NCBI GenBank assembly: GCA_964455085.1 | Contig: CAYVYJ010000004.1 | Location: 22,714 to 86,713 of the forward strand | Direction: 5' to 3' | Length of the DNA stretch: 64,000 bases | Origin: an uncultured Planctomycetia bacterium | Lineage (GTDB): Bacteria > Omnitrophota > Gorgyraeia > Duberdicusellales > 4484-171 | In this document: positions 1-8,850 of the stretch, one piece after another | Numbering within the stretch: position 1 is the stretch's first letter | Layout of the letters: each line of letters begins with the position of its first letter | Translations under genes and position numbers: made by a program | Notes under the pieces: model-generated | The model's database searches: none | What the model was told of the DNA's origin: nothing | Seen by the model: only the letters and a program-made list of their open reading frames with translations

Positions 1-604
1 TAATTGCTTTTTTATCCTTTAAGGTATCAAAATAACTTATCCTAAACTTTTCTACCCGGAAGTCAAAATCATCTAAGTGGGTAATTACCAGGATAAACAC
101 CAGAAGACTTAAGCTAGCCGGTATCAGATAAAGTAGCAGGGGGAAACTGGCAAAGAATCCACTCAAAAAAACACTGATTAAGTTTGAAAGATAGGAGAGA
201 GTGAAAAATATCCCAATATACTTTGCTTTATCTCTAGTTGGGATAACCTTACCTATAGTAATAAGCACCAGTGGTACGAAGCTACAACCAAAACAACCCA
301 TTAAAAATCTAAATAGGAAAGCTTCAGTGATACTCTTGGAAAGTGAAAAAAACAAAGCGGTCAGAAAGAATCCCAGAGTTGTAAAAAGAAGTATCTTTCT
401 TACCTTGACTATCCGGGTAAAAGGAGCCCAGATGAGAGCAAATACTCCGTAAGGAAGCATATAGAGCCAGGTGAGCGGTAAGGCCGCGTTCTTGGTTATC
501 CCAAAATAGATTGCGATTGACGGTATTAAAGCAGCCATGGCGGCAACACCGAAAGAAACTGCAAAAAACATCAGACAAAAGATATAGAAACTTAACTTAG
601 GCAT
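1..604 (-). CDS. MFS-type transporter, N-terminal ~200 aa; 3' end runs off the window edge
   Basis: Hand translation of the minus strand from the ATG at 604-602 gives MPKLSFYIFCLMFFAVSFGVAAMAALIPSIAIYFG...FTRIVKVRKILLF... with no stop through position 1. It has multiple hydrophobic TM segments and an MFS motif-A-like loop. GGAG RBS upstream; start overlaps stop of upstream gene (ATGCCTAA). Absent from the ORF track because no stop lies in the window. Confidence 0.6.
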   Translation of the reverse strand, partial: MPKLSFYIFCLMFFAVSFGVAAMAALIPSIAIYFGITKNAALPLTWLYMLPYGVFALIWAPFTRIVKVRKILLFTTLGFFLTALFFSLSKSITEAFLFRFLMGCFGCSFVPLVLITIGKVIPTRDKAKYIGIFFTLSYLSNLISVFLSGFFASFPLLLYLIPASLSLLVFILVITHLDDFDFRVEKFRISYFDTLKDKKAI

Positions 605-1034
605 TAATCTCCTTCTCAATTATCCCCTTAAATAGCTTTAAGTTATCTTGGGAGTGTTTATTTATTAACTCTTCAACTTGAGGATCAGTATATTTAGCCT
701 CTTTGTCCATCTTAAAATCCTGAATCCAGGTCATCTCAACACCACCGCTAACCTCACGATAAAGCCAGATAATCTTCATATACTCAAAAGGAAACATCGG
801 CTCCAACCGACAAGCATAAGCAAATTTATCTTGTTTAAACAACAGACGATAGGACTTCCAGCTATTCCCGTTCTTGTGGGTGAGTTGAAAAATAATCTTA
901 TTGTCTTGAGTCTCTAAAACATCGGAAGCGGTATATTCTTCAAATAATTCTTTCCAGCGCGAAATATCATTGCTAATATCAAAAATCAACTCAAAAGGTG
1001 CATTAATCACAATCGAGTTTGCTGTATGTGCCAT
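597..1034 (-). CDS. SRPBCC-superfamily protein (polyketide cyclase/dehydrase-like, Polyketide_cyc2-type)
   Basis: 145 aa, a size and composition typical of the TcmN-N-terminal/SnoaL-adjacent SRPBCC cyclase fold. It is embedded in the PKS operon and is translationally coupled to its neighbours. Confidence 0.55.
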   Translation of the reverse strand: MAHTANSIVINAPFELIFDISNDISRWKELFEEYTASDVLETQDNKIIFQLTHKNGNSWKSYRLLFKQDKFAYACRLEPMFPFEYMKIIWLYREVSGGVEMTWIQDFKMDKEAKYTDPQVEELINKHSQDNLKLFKGIIEKEINA

Positions 1035-1072
1035 TTTTACCTCCTTTGTCTACTGCGACGAGGGATATATTA

Positions 1073-1894
1073 TTAATAATCATCTACCACACCAACTACC
1101 CTTGCCCAGGCAGCACCGGTCTTCTTTATTCTTACTGGAAAACAAATAACCTTAAACCCCGAATCCGGCAACTTAGCCAAATTAGCTAATCTTTCAATAT
1201 GGATAAACTCTCGCTTTCTACCATGAAAATGAGCCGGCCAAAGATGTTTAGGATCTTTTGTTTTCAAAAAATCCTCGATCATAAATTTATAAGGTCGATC
1301 AATACCCATAGTATCTACTCCAAATATTTTTACCCCCCGATCAAGAAGGTAGTCAATCGCTGAAGGGTCTACTCCTGGATAATCAGAGAAATACTTGGGG
1401 CTTCCGAAAAGACGATCTGAGCCGGTATAAAAGAAAACAATATTCAAAGGCTTAAGTAAATAATCAATCTTTCCCAAAGCTTCTTCTATATCTTCACTTG
1501 TAATGACCTGATCAGCCCTTTTATTGCTAAAGTCAAGCTTGACTGCCTCTTGATAACACCACTCAAGCGGGATCTCATCAGCAGTCTTCGATGGTTTACC
1601 TTCAGACTTACTTCCGTAGTGAAAAGAATAGTCAAGATGAGTTCCACTATGAACTGAGGAATGCACTATCTCTAAAGACAGAAACTCCTGATCAGGTAAA
1701 TCTTCCTTCCTGACTATCCGTTGTCCCAGGAGATGCCTAATTTTACCCTTAAAAGTTTTACCCATCAAAACTCTATTCAATTTGGCAATTCCATCCTTAT
1801 GAGACACCCGTTCAATCTTTAAATCATGTACCTCAAAGGCTTTATCGTCAATCAATAAGCTTAAATCTACTATCTTCATGTCTCTATTGGTCAA
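1073..1894 (-). CDS. Cyclase-family protein (PF04199-like; kynurenine formamidase/putative polyketide cyclase fold)
   Basis: The HSGTHLDYSFH motif matches the HxGTHxDxPxH metal-binding signature of the 'putative cyclase' family. Confidence 0.7.
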   Translation of the reverse strand: MTNRDMKIVDLSLLIDDKAFEVHDLKIERVSHKDGIAKLNRVLMGKTFKGKIRHLLGQRIVRKEDLPDQEFLSLEIVHSSVHSGTHLDYSFHYGSKSEGKPSKTADEIPLEWCYQEAVKLDFSNKRADQVITSEDIEEALGKIDYLLKPLNIVFFYTGSDRLFGSPKYFSDYPGVDPSAIDYLLDRGVKIFGVDTMGIDRPYKFMIEDFLKTKDPKHLWPAHFHGRKREFIHIERLANLAKLPDSGFKVICFPVRIKKTGAAWARVVGVVDDY

Positions 1895-1897
1895 TAC

Positions 1898-2140
1898 TTA
1901 GCTTAAACCACCCTTTTTCTTATTAATCACCTCAACAATCTCAGCCAGGGTAGAGAATTTTGTAATCTCATTAGTTTCAATCTTAATACCAAAATGCTTA
2001 TTAAAAGAAACTACTAACTCTACCATCTCGGTTGAATCAACTCCGATAGAGTCATACAACTTTTGATCTTCTGCCAGCTCCTCTTTTCCGATATCCAATG
2101 CATCGCTGATAATATTAATAACCTCACTTTTTGTGTCCAT
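1898..2140 (-). CDS. Acyl carrier protein
   Basis: 80 aa, acidic, with the GVDSTEMVELV phosphopantetheine-attachment motif (DSxxxxEL). Confidence 0.85.
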   Translation of the reverse strand: MDTKSEVINIISDALDIGKEELAEDQKLYDSIGVDSTEMVELVVSFNKHFGIKIETNEITKFSTLAEIVEVINKKKGGLS

Positions 2141-2167
2141 AAAATTCCTCCTGGTTAAACTAATTTA

Positions 2168-3400
2168 TTATTTTTCTACTGCTAGCACAACATTTATTCC
2201 GCCCCGCCCTCTGGCAATAATCAGGGCTTTAGCGATTTCTTTCTCTTTAGGTTTATTGGGAGTATAATTTAAATCGCAATAAGGGTCTCTCATCTCCTGG
2301 TTAATCGTTGGCAGAACGATTGAATGTTTCATTGAAAAAAGTGTAACGATTAAATCTAAAGCGCTCTGGGCCCCGAGGAGATTTCCGTACATGCTCTTAG
2401 GAGCACTGAGAGCAATTTTGTTTATTGGCTTCCCAAATACATTTTTTAAAGCTGTTGTCTCAAGATAATCCCCCATTACAGTTGCTTCACCGTCTAAGCA
2501 GATATAATCTATGTCTTGCCTGTTCCAAGAAGCGTCTTTTAAGCATTCTTCTATTGCGTATTCTAACTCCTCTGATTTAGGACTGTACCTTGAATAGTGT
2601 TGCCCGTCGGAAGAGAAACCAATTCCTTTTATAAATCCATAAATCGGTACGCCTCTTTTTTTAGCTTTAGATTCTTTCTCCAAAATAACTATTCCTGAAC
2701 CTTCGCCTAAAACAAAGCCATCCCGGTTTAAATCATAAGGTTTATAAGCTTCTTTAGGGTTAAGATTATTCTTAGATAAATTACCGCAGGTATTTGCCGA
2801 CAATAAAGCATAGGGAGTAATCGGTGCCTCCATGCCCCCGGCTAAGACAAAATCTACTCGTTCTTGAGCGATTACTTTAGAACCATACCACAAACTCAAA
2901 GCTGAAGAAGCTTTATCGGCGACAATGGTCTTGCTATAACCTTTAAAGCCATAGTATATGGTAATTTGTCCCTGGGGCGCTGCCGGAAACCAAGCTGAAG
3001 CCATGTAGGGAGAAATTCCTTCTCTTCCTTCAATATACATATCACGCAATTCAGTCTCAGCAAAAAGCCAACCACCAATAGCATTCCCCATAAATACACC
3101 AACCCTATCCTTATCAATCTTTGCTAAATCCATCCCGGCATCAGAGATAGCCTGTTCACTGGCAACTAAAGCCATGTGAGAGAATACATCTATCTTTTTA
3201 ATCAGTCTTCCAGAAAGGTGGCTGTAGTGGTCAAGTTCACGGACCTGGCCGGCAATCCGGGAAGGATATAGGGAAGCATTGAATCTTTTAATCTCGCTGA
3301 TAAAAGAATCACATTTTTTAAGATTAGCCCAAAAAGTTTCCTTCTTTAACCCACAAGGCGAAACTACGCCGATACCGGTTATTGCAACTCTCTGGCTCAT
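2168..3400 (-). CDS. Ketosynthase beta / chain-length-factor-like subunit (KS-beta, no active-site Cys)
   Basis: Thiolase-fold KS homolog. The position that aligns with the KS-alpha TVSTGCTAGTDSL motif reads TIVADKASSALSL, so the catalytic Cys is absent. It sits immediately downstream of KS-alpha and upstream of the ACP, as in type II PKS minimal cassettes. Confidence 0.8.
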   Translation of the reverse strand: MSQRVAITGIGVVSPCGLKKETFWANLKKCDSFISEIKRFNASLYPSRIAGQVRELDHYSHLSGRLIKKIDVFSHMALVASEQAISDAGMDLAKIDKDRVGVFMGNAIGGWLFAETELRDMYIEGREGISPYMASAWFPAAPQGQITIYYGFKGYSKTIVADKASSALSLWYGSKVIAQERVDFVLAGGMEAPITPYALLSANTCGNLSKNNLNPKEAYKPYDLNRDGFVLGEGSGIVILEKESKAKKRGVPIYGFIKGIGFSSDGQHYSRYSPKSEELEYAIEECLKDASWNRQDIDYICLDGEATVMGDYLETTALKNVFGKPINKIALSAPKSMYGNLLGAQSALDLIVTLFSMKHSIVLPTINQEMRDPYCDLNYTPNKPKEKEIAKALIIARGRGGINVVLAVEK

Positions 3401-3403
3401 TAA

Positions 3404-4651
3404 TTACCTCCACCTCTTAAATACAATCGAAGAATGGATTCCCGAAAATCCACTACTGGTCTTAAGTATATACTCTGGCATTAATTTCCTCTTTTTATTG
3501 GGAATATAATCTAAATCGCACTTAGGATCAAGCTCTTCCTGATTAATCGTCGGCGGAAGATATCCTTTTTCAAAAATCATACAACATAATACGCTCTCTA
3601 CAGCATTGGCTGCAGCTAAAGGGTGCCCAATCATCGATTTAATCGAACTTATGGGAACTTTATAAGCAAAATCACCTAAAACCTTTTTGTAAGCATCAGT
3701 CTCAAAAACATCATTCTGCCTGGTAGATGAACCATGAGCATTTATATAAGAGATATCTTCATTCTTTATGCCGGCATTTGCTATTGCTTCTCGCATACAG
3801 CGGGCCATTGGTTCACCGTCTGAGGGCAAATCAGTCATATGGTAAGCATTGCAGCTTGTCCCATAACCAAGAATCTCAGTATAGATATGAGCACCACGTC
3901 GCCTAGCATGTTCTAACTCCTCCAGAATTAAAATACCGGCAGCCTCGCTGATAACAAAACCATTCCGCTTATTATCAAAGGGACGACTTGCTTTATGAGG
4001 CTGGTCATTATTCTTAGCCAAAACACTTACCACATCAAAAGCCCCGAAGGTAATCGGGGTAACCGGAGCTTCACTGGCTCCGGCAATAATTAAATCTTGC
4101 CTTCCTTCCTGAATAAGTTCATAAGCAAACCCTAAGGAATCAGTTCCAGCAGTACAGCCAGTGGAAACTGTACAATTGATTCCCTTGGTCCCATGGATTG
4201 CCCCTATCTCGGCACTGGGAGTATTAAACATAGCAGCATCATAAAGATAAGGTCGCCCTTTGCGGGGATCAATAGGGTTCTTACCCCAATCAGTAACTAA
4301 TAAAAACTCTTCTTCCATGAACCGGGTTCCGCAAATTGCATTAGCTAAAACTACGCCACATCTGTGGCGGTCCAACCTATTAAAATCTAATTTTGCATCT
4401 TCCACTGCACCAGCGGCCGCAGCAATTCCAAACTGAACATATCTATCCATGCGTTTATGCTCAACTATGCCAAACTTTAAGGGATCGAAGCCTAAATCCT
4501 GGGAAGCAATTTTCGAAAGAAACAAACTCACATCAAAATTCTCAACCTTCTCGACACAAGGCTTACCGGCAATTAGATTATTGTAAAACTCATTCCTATC
4601 TTCTCCGGCTGCAGAGATAACTCCGATTCCGGTAACTACTACTCTTTTCAA
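3404..4651 (-). CDS. Type II PKS ketosynthase alpha
   Basis: VSTGCTAGTD active-site Cys motif. NAHGSSTRQND matches the type II PKS KS-alpha HGSGTRQND signature and differs from FabF HGTSTPAGD. Also has the SMIGHPLAAA His motif and N-terminal VVVTGIGV. Confidence 0.9.
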   Translation of the reverse strand: MKRVVVTGIGVISAAGEDRNEFYNNLIAGKPCVEKVENFDVSLFLSKIASQDLGFDPLKFGIVEHKRMDRYVQFGIAAAAGAVEDAKLDFNRLDRHRCGVVLANAICGTRFMEEEFLLVTDWGKNPIDPRKGRPYLYDAAMFNTPSAEIGAIHGTKGINCTVSTGCTAGTDSLGFAYELIQEGRQDLIIAGASEAPVTPITFGAFDVVSVLAKNNDQPHKASRPFDNKRNGFVISEAAGILILEELEHARRRGAHIYTEILGYGTSCNAYHMTDLPSDGEPMARCMREAIANAGIKNEDISYINAHGSSTRQNDVFETDAYKKVLGDFAYKVPISSIKSMIGHPLAAANAVESVLCCMIFEKGYLPPTINQEELDPKCDLDYIPNKKRKLMPEYILKTSSGFSGIHSSIVFKRWR

Positions 4652-4680
4652 TTTCTTCCTCCTTAAAAATACAAACTTAT

Positions 4681-5262
4681 CTATTCTTTTCTGCTCACTT
4701 TAAATATAATATTCCCGCCATCAGGACAGGTTACTGTATCTATAGAATTCTGATTATCCATAAAGGGGAATTTTGCACCAAAATTAAGCGCAAAAAGGGC
4801 TGGAAAAGCCGTGTGCCAGGCAGCTCCACAGAATCCAGGAATACACTTAAGGCCTTCCATGTCCCACTTATCACCAACCTTATAGTTATAAAAACACTTG
4901 CCCTTAGCTTTAACAACCTCGATGACCATCTGTTTTGGTTTCGGACCCTTATAGCTAGGATCTTTAGGAATATTATCAATCTCACCTTGCTTATTAAATA
5001 TCTCGGCCTTAAATTCTAATTTTCCACCATCAGGACAAGTCACCAATAAAGACCGTTGGTTATCCATAAAAGGGAATTTAGCATTGAAACTTAAGGCATA
5101 AATTACTGGAAAGAGAGCATGAGCTAAGCCTAAACAAAAGTGTTTAGGTGGGTGGGTAAAATCCTCCAAAATAAGTTCTGTGCCGATTTTATAACCATGA
5201 TAACAGTGGCCGGAAACTGCATTTACAGTAAGTTTTAGTTTAGGAAAAGGAGTATCAACCAT
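4681..5262 (-). CDS. Hypothetical protein made of two tandem ~90-aa Cys/His-rich repeats (possibly TIGR04076-like)
   Basis: Internal duplication: C-x2-H-x-Y-x-x-G ... C-x-G ... A-x-x-P ... FNAKFPFMDNQ ... V-T-CPDGG ... F-K appears twice (residues ~19-100 and ~113-190). Confidence 0.5.
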   Translation of the reverse strand: MVDTPFPKLKLTVNAVSGHCYHGYKIGTELILEDFTHPPKHFCLGLAHALFPVIYALSFNAKFPFMDNQRSLLVTCPDGGKLEFKAEIFNKQGEIDNIPKDPSYKGPKPKQMVIEVVKAKGKCFYNYKVGDKWDMEGLKCIPGFCGAAWHTAFPALFALNFGAKFPFMDNQNSIDTVTCPDGGNIIFKVSRKE

Positions 5263-5274
5263 TTTACACCATCC

Positions 5275-6285
5275 TTATTGTTGATTCTTGAGACCGGCCA
5301 TTTCTAATAACAAGTCTTGTTTACTTATGAACGAGCCGGTCTCCTCAACCTTATGCACCAACTCAACGATTCTTTTATTTATCGGAGCCTTAAGATTGTT
5401 CTCATCAGCTAAACTGACAATTTCTCCGTTGATATAGTCAATTTCTGATCGTTTGTTATTCCTTATACTTTGGAGTATTGAACCATAGAGCGGCTCTTTG
5501 CTTAATGAGTTTATAACCTGGGAAAAAATATTAGCGGCCTGATCTCTCGGCATTGAGACCAATCCTTCAATTCTGGTTTTAGGATAAGTGGGTAAATCAG
5601 CTAGTTTTATACCACTGGTTTTGATAATATTAAATGCCTCTTGATTTAATTCTATTGCTAATTTTGCAAAATTTAAGTCGCTAAATGCCTCCTGCATCGA
5701 TAAACCTAAGACAGCCGGGATACAATTATTTAGATTGATCAACAACTTAAGGTATTTAGCTCCTTTAATTTGATTGGAGATTACAGTATTAAATGCAGAA
5801 CTTAGATAATCGCTTACTGCCTCGATATTAGATACTTCTTGATTAAAGATATTGCCTAATATTAAATTGCCCTCAAAATTATGAACTATCCGGTTCGGCC
5901 GATAAAATGTTGCCCCAAACATTACAATTCCGGTGATGATCTTATTTTGGGGGAAATATTCTTTAAGAATATAATCGGCCCTTACCCCATTTTGGGTGCT
6001 AACAACCGTCGCCTCTTTTAAATACTTAAAATTATCCTTTATCAATTTCTCTAAATCATTGACCTTGCTAGAGAGAATAACTAAATCTACCCTTTCCTGG
6101 AGACTGGTTTGGGCCTTAACTTTAAAGTTATGAGAGCCTCGGATGCCATCGATCAACAAACCTTCTTTTTCCAGAGTTTTTTTCTGGTAATCCTTAACTA
6201 TGCCGATGACCTCAGAAGACTTTTTAGAAAGATACCCTAAGAATAATCCACCAATTGCCCCGCAACCTAAAACTGCTATTTTCAT
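5275..6285 (-). CDS. 2-dehydropantoate 2-reductase (ApbA/PanE) family NAD(P)H oxidoreductase
   Basis: N-terminal MKIAVLGCGAIGG Rossmann motif, ~336 aa, typical length and architecture of ketopantoate-reductase-family proteins. Confidence 0.65.
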   Translation of the reverse strand: MKIAVLGCGAIGGLFLGYLSKKSSEVIGIVKDYQKKTLEKEGLLIDGIRGSHNFKVKAQTSLQERVDLVILSSKVNDLEKLIKDNFKYLKEATVVSTQNGVRADYILKEYFPQNKIITGIVMFGATFYRPNRIVHNFEGNLILGNIFNQEVSNIEAVSDYLSSAFNTVISNQIKGAKYLKLLINLNNCIPAVLGLSMQEAFSDLNFAKLAIELNQEAFNIIKTSGIKLADLPTYPKTRIEGLVSMPRDQAANIFSQVINSLSKEPLYGSILQSIRNNKRSEIDYINGEIVSLADENNLKAPINKRIVELVHKVEETGSFISKQDLLLEMAGLKNQQ

Positions 6286-6305
6286 TATAAAATATCCTTG
6301 TTGAC

Positions 6306-6572
6306 TTATTCTCCTTTACCAATGTAAGATCGATAATCGATATTTAGCTGATTAAGTAATCTTTGGAGCATCTCTTTAAAGGCCGGAGGAACCTCTTGAA
6401 AAAAAGCAACAATTAGATCTTTATCGACAACTTCGCTAGATCCGCGGCCCTTAGCCAACTCCTCAGCTTTTTCTTTAATAAGTCGCTCGGCAATTGTTCG
6501 GTGAAATTGAGGTAGATTACTTACTATCCTATTGAACTTTTCTTTTGTCTCATCATTCCAGATAATTCCCAT
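6306..6572 (-). CDS. Small protein with a PCP_red-like domain (protochlorophyllide reductase B C-terminal-like)
   Basis: 88 aa; IWNDETKEKFNRIVSNLPQFHRTIAERLIKEKAEELAKGRG loosely matches the W..E....iP.F.R....E..A...G pattern of standalone PCP_red domains. This is a recollection-based call. Confidence 0.35.
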   Translation of the reverse strand: MGIIWNDETKEKFNRIVSNLPQFHRTIAERLIKEKAEELAKGRGSSEVVDKDLIVAFFQEVPPAFKEMLQRLLNQLNIDYRSYIGKGE

Positions 6573-6590
6573 ACCTTAGGACTCCTTTAG

Positions 6591-7325
6591 TTATAACTTA
6601 TCAACAACACTAAAAGCTAAATCTGCCATCTTCATCTCAGCTTCAAAAAATCTATAGTCAGCAAATCCTAATCTACCGGTAATAAGATTATCTGATACCG
6701 CTAAGATAGCTGCCACTTTCTTATGATAAAGATTTGCTACAGTCACAAAAGGAGAAGTTACCATATCAACCGCAATTGCCCCTTTTTCAATATAAGGGTT
6801 GACTATTTCTTTGGTCTCCCTGAATAAAGCATCGGTAGTCCATACCCCTCCTTGATGAAGTGGCGCAGAGGCTTTGAAAACCTCCTCTATTTTAGAAGTT
6901 AATAGCTTATCTACTTTAGATTCAAAATTATCATCAACATAATAGCGGCTTGCGCCATCGCCTCTGATAATATCAGTAGCTAAGATGTAGTCCCCGACAT
7001 TAATATCCTCACGCAGAGCACCACAGGAGCCGAGCCGAATAAGACTATTAACCCCACCAACACACAAGAACTCAGTAACAAAAGCTGAATCCGGAGCGTA
7101 GAATCCGCCGTTACCCACGGTTATTTTTTTACCCTTATACAAGCCACTCCAGAAAGTATAACCAAGAAAGGTGAAGTTCTTGACACAATTCTCTAAACGT
7201 TCCAAACACATCTTTGCTCTGTGCTGCTGGCCGCTGACTAAAGCGATTTCACCAAAATCACCATCTTTAAACTGCAAAGAATAAAGAAGCTCTTTGGGGC
7301 TTAAATGAAGATCTCTCTGCATCAT
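6591..7325 (-). CDS. PNP/UDP-family nucleoside phosphorylase or nucleosidase-like protein
   Basis: LGSCGAL motif and flanking residues resemble DeoD/MTAN-type phosphorylase family 1. 244 aa. Confidence 0.6.
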   Translation of the reverse strand: MMQRDLHLSPKELLYSLQFKDGDFGEIALVSGQQHRAKMCLERLENCVKNFTFLGYTFWSGLYKGKKITVGNGGFYAPDSAFVTEFLCVGGVNSLIRLGSCGALREDINVGDYILATDIIRGDGASRYYVDDNFESKVDKLLTSKIEEVFKASAPLHQGGVWTTDALFRETKEIVNPYIEKGAIAVDMVTSPFVTVANLYHKKVAAILAVSDNLITGRLGFADYRFFEAEMKMADLAFSVVDKL

Positions 7326-7327
7326 GA

Positions 7328-8839
7328 TTAAGCTCCTCCTTTAACTAATTTTTGCTTATCAATTTTGCCGGTTCTATTCTTAGGTAAATCTTCTACAAAT
7401 TCAAAGTGGTGGGGAACTTTAAAGTGGGCTAGGCGTTCTTTTAAGAAGTCCTTTATTTCGTTTGTATCTAAGATTGTTTGCTGTTGGGAGACGATAAATG
7501 CTTTGGGTACCTCACCTCGTAAATTATCAGTTACACCAATAACCGCAACCTCTTTTACTTTGGGATGTTCTTGTATTTTCTCTTCCACCTCAGCCGAAAA
7601 CACTATCTCCCCGGCCACCTTAATCATATCTTTTTTCCTTCCTACTATATAATACAAACCCTCTTGGTCCTGTTTAACGATATCGCCGGTCTTAAGCCAT
7701 CCGTCTTCTCTCAACACCTCTTTAGTTAGGGCCGGTTCTTTAAAATATCCGCGCATTATCGCCTCACCCCTAACCCATAACTCTCCTCCCTCTCCCCTGC
7801 CGACACTTTCTCCAGCCTCATTAACAACCTTAGCTTCCATCTTCGAGTCAAAACCACCGATACTGGATATTTTGGCTTCATCAGACGGTGAAAAAGTATT
7901 GGGGCCTGTTGTTTCAGTCATTCCCCAACCATTTAAAACTACTGCCTTAGAACATAGTTTATGAAATCGCGCCAAAAGCTGCGGCGATGAAGGAGCACCA
8001 AAGACACCCGCAAATCGTAGCGAAGAAAGGTCAAACTTCTCATACCCTTTTAAGCAAAGAATCGCCACATACATTGCCGGAACAATGCAGAAGATAGTAA
8101 CTTTATGCCGCTGGATATTCCTTAAAAACTCTAAAGGATGAAATCTTTCCATCAGGATAAGGGAAGAAGAGAAATAAATCATCAGGAGTATATAACCTAA
8201 TCCTCCGATATGGGAAAAGGGCACGCCGCCGCATAAAAATATATCATCCCCAGATACAGCTAAGAAACGGTCGATAGTTTTAGGAGGATTATCTAAGTGT
8301 CTAAATTCTAAACTTACTCCTTTAGGGTGGCCGGTAGAGCCGGAAGTATAAAATATCGCACAAAGGTTACCCGGGTTATGTTCGATACTAATGTGATCGG
8401 GACTGGCTTGGCTTAAGACTGAATCCCAGGTTGGAAAACTCTGTAGATTCTCTGCAGCGACGATTATTTCCTTTAAACTTTTACAGCTACTCTTAATCTT
8501 TAGCAGGTCGAATCCCTTTTTGGGTTGAATCACTAAAACTTTAGTCTGGCTGTGATTGATGAAATTAATAATTTCACTCTCGGTTAACATGAAATCTAAA
8601 GGGACTATTGCTGCTTGAGCACTAAATACACCTAAGAGAGTAAATACAGCCTCAAGGCCATTAGGAAGAAACATGGCTACTTTATCTTCTGGCCTAATAC
8701 CTAAACTAAAAAGATAATTAGCCAACTTAAAAGAAGTACTTTTCAGCTCACGGAAGGTAACTATCCGATCTTGCAATACTACTGCCTGCTTCTGAGGATA
8801 ATTCTTAGCTTGCTGGTTAAGTAATTCCCGAATATTCAT
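7328..8839 (-). CDS. AMP-dependent synthetase/ligase (acyl-CoA or acyl-ACP ligase; probable starter-unit activation)
   Basis: YTSGSTGHPKGV AMP-binding core motif, 503 aa, first gene of the PKS operon. Confidence 0.85.
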   Translation of the reverse strand: MNIRELLNQQAKNYPQKQAVVLQDRIVTFRELKSTSFKLANYLFSLGIRPEDKVAMFLPNGLEAVFTLLGVFSAQAAIVPLDFMLTESEIINFINHSQTKVLVIQPKKGFDLLKIKSSCKSLKEIIVAAENLQSFPTWDSVLSQASPDHISIEHNPGNLCAIFYTSGSTGHPKGVSLEFRHLDNPPKTIDRFLAVSGDDIFLCGGVPFSHIGGLGYILLMIYFSSSLILMERFHPLEFLRNIQRHKVTIFCIVPAMYVAILCLKGYEKFDLSSLRFAGVFGAPSSPQLLARFHKLCSKAVVLNGWGMTETTGPNTFSPSDEAKISSIGGFDSKMEAKVVNEAGESVGRGEGGELWVRGEAIMRGYFKEPALTKEVLREDGWLKTGDIVKQDQEGLYYIVGRKKDMIKVAGEIVFSAEVEEKIQEHPKVKEVAVIGVTDNLRGEVPKAFIVSQQQTILDTNEIKDFLKERLAHFKVPHHFEFVEDLPKNRTGKIDKQKLVKGGA

Positions 8840-8850
8840 CTTTGAAAAAT

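Noticed and set aside
201-578. Track ORFs 201..452 (+) and 324..578 (-)
   Set aside because: They lie entirely inside, and out of frame with, the long open minus-strand MFS-transporter frame (1..604), which has a coupled start and RBS. They are shadow ORFs.
2896-3117. Short antisense and internal ORFs within KS, gat, rpoD, ntp and other genes (for example 2896..3117, 22257..22586, 27165..27404, 54937..55410, 55659..56075)
   Set aside because: They are embedded in or antisense to long, well-supported coding frames and have low-complexity translations with no recognisable motifs.
2168-4651. KS-alpha / KS-beta / ACP as housekeeping FabF-type fatty-acid synthesis or an aryl-polyene cluster
   Set aside because: KS-alpha has the type II PKS HGSSTRQND signature and the partner lacks Cys. 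Two cyclase-type genes are present. No FabA/FabZ dehydratase or SDR KR genes accompany them.
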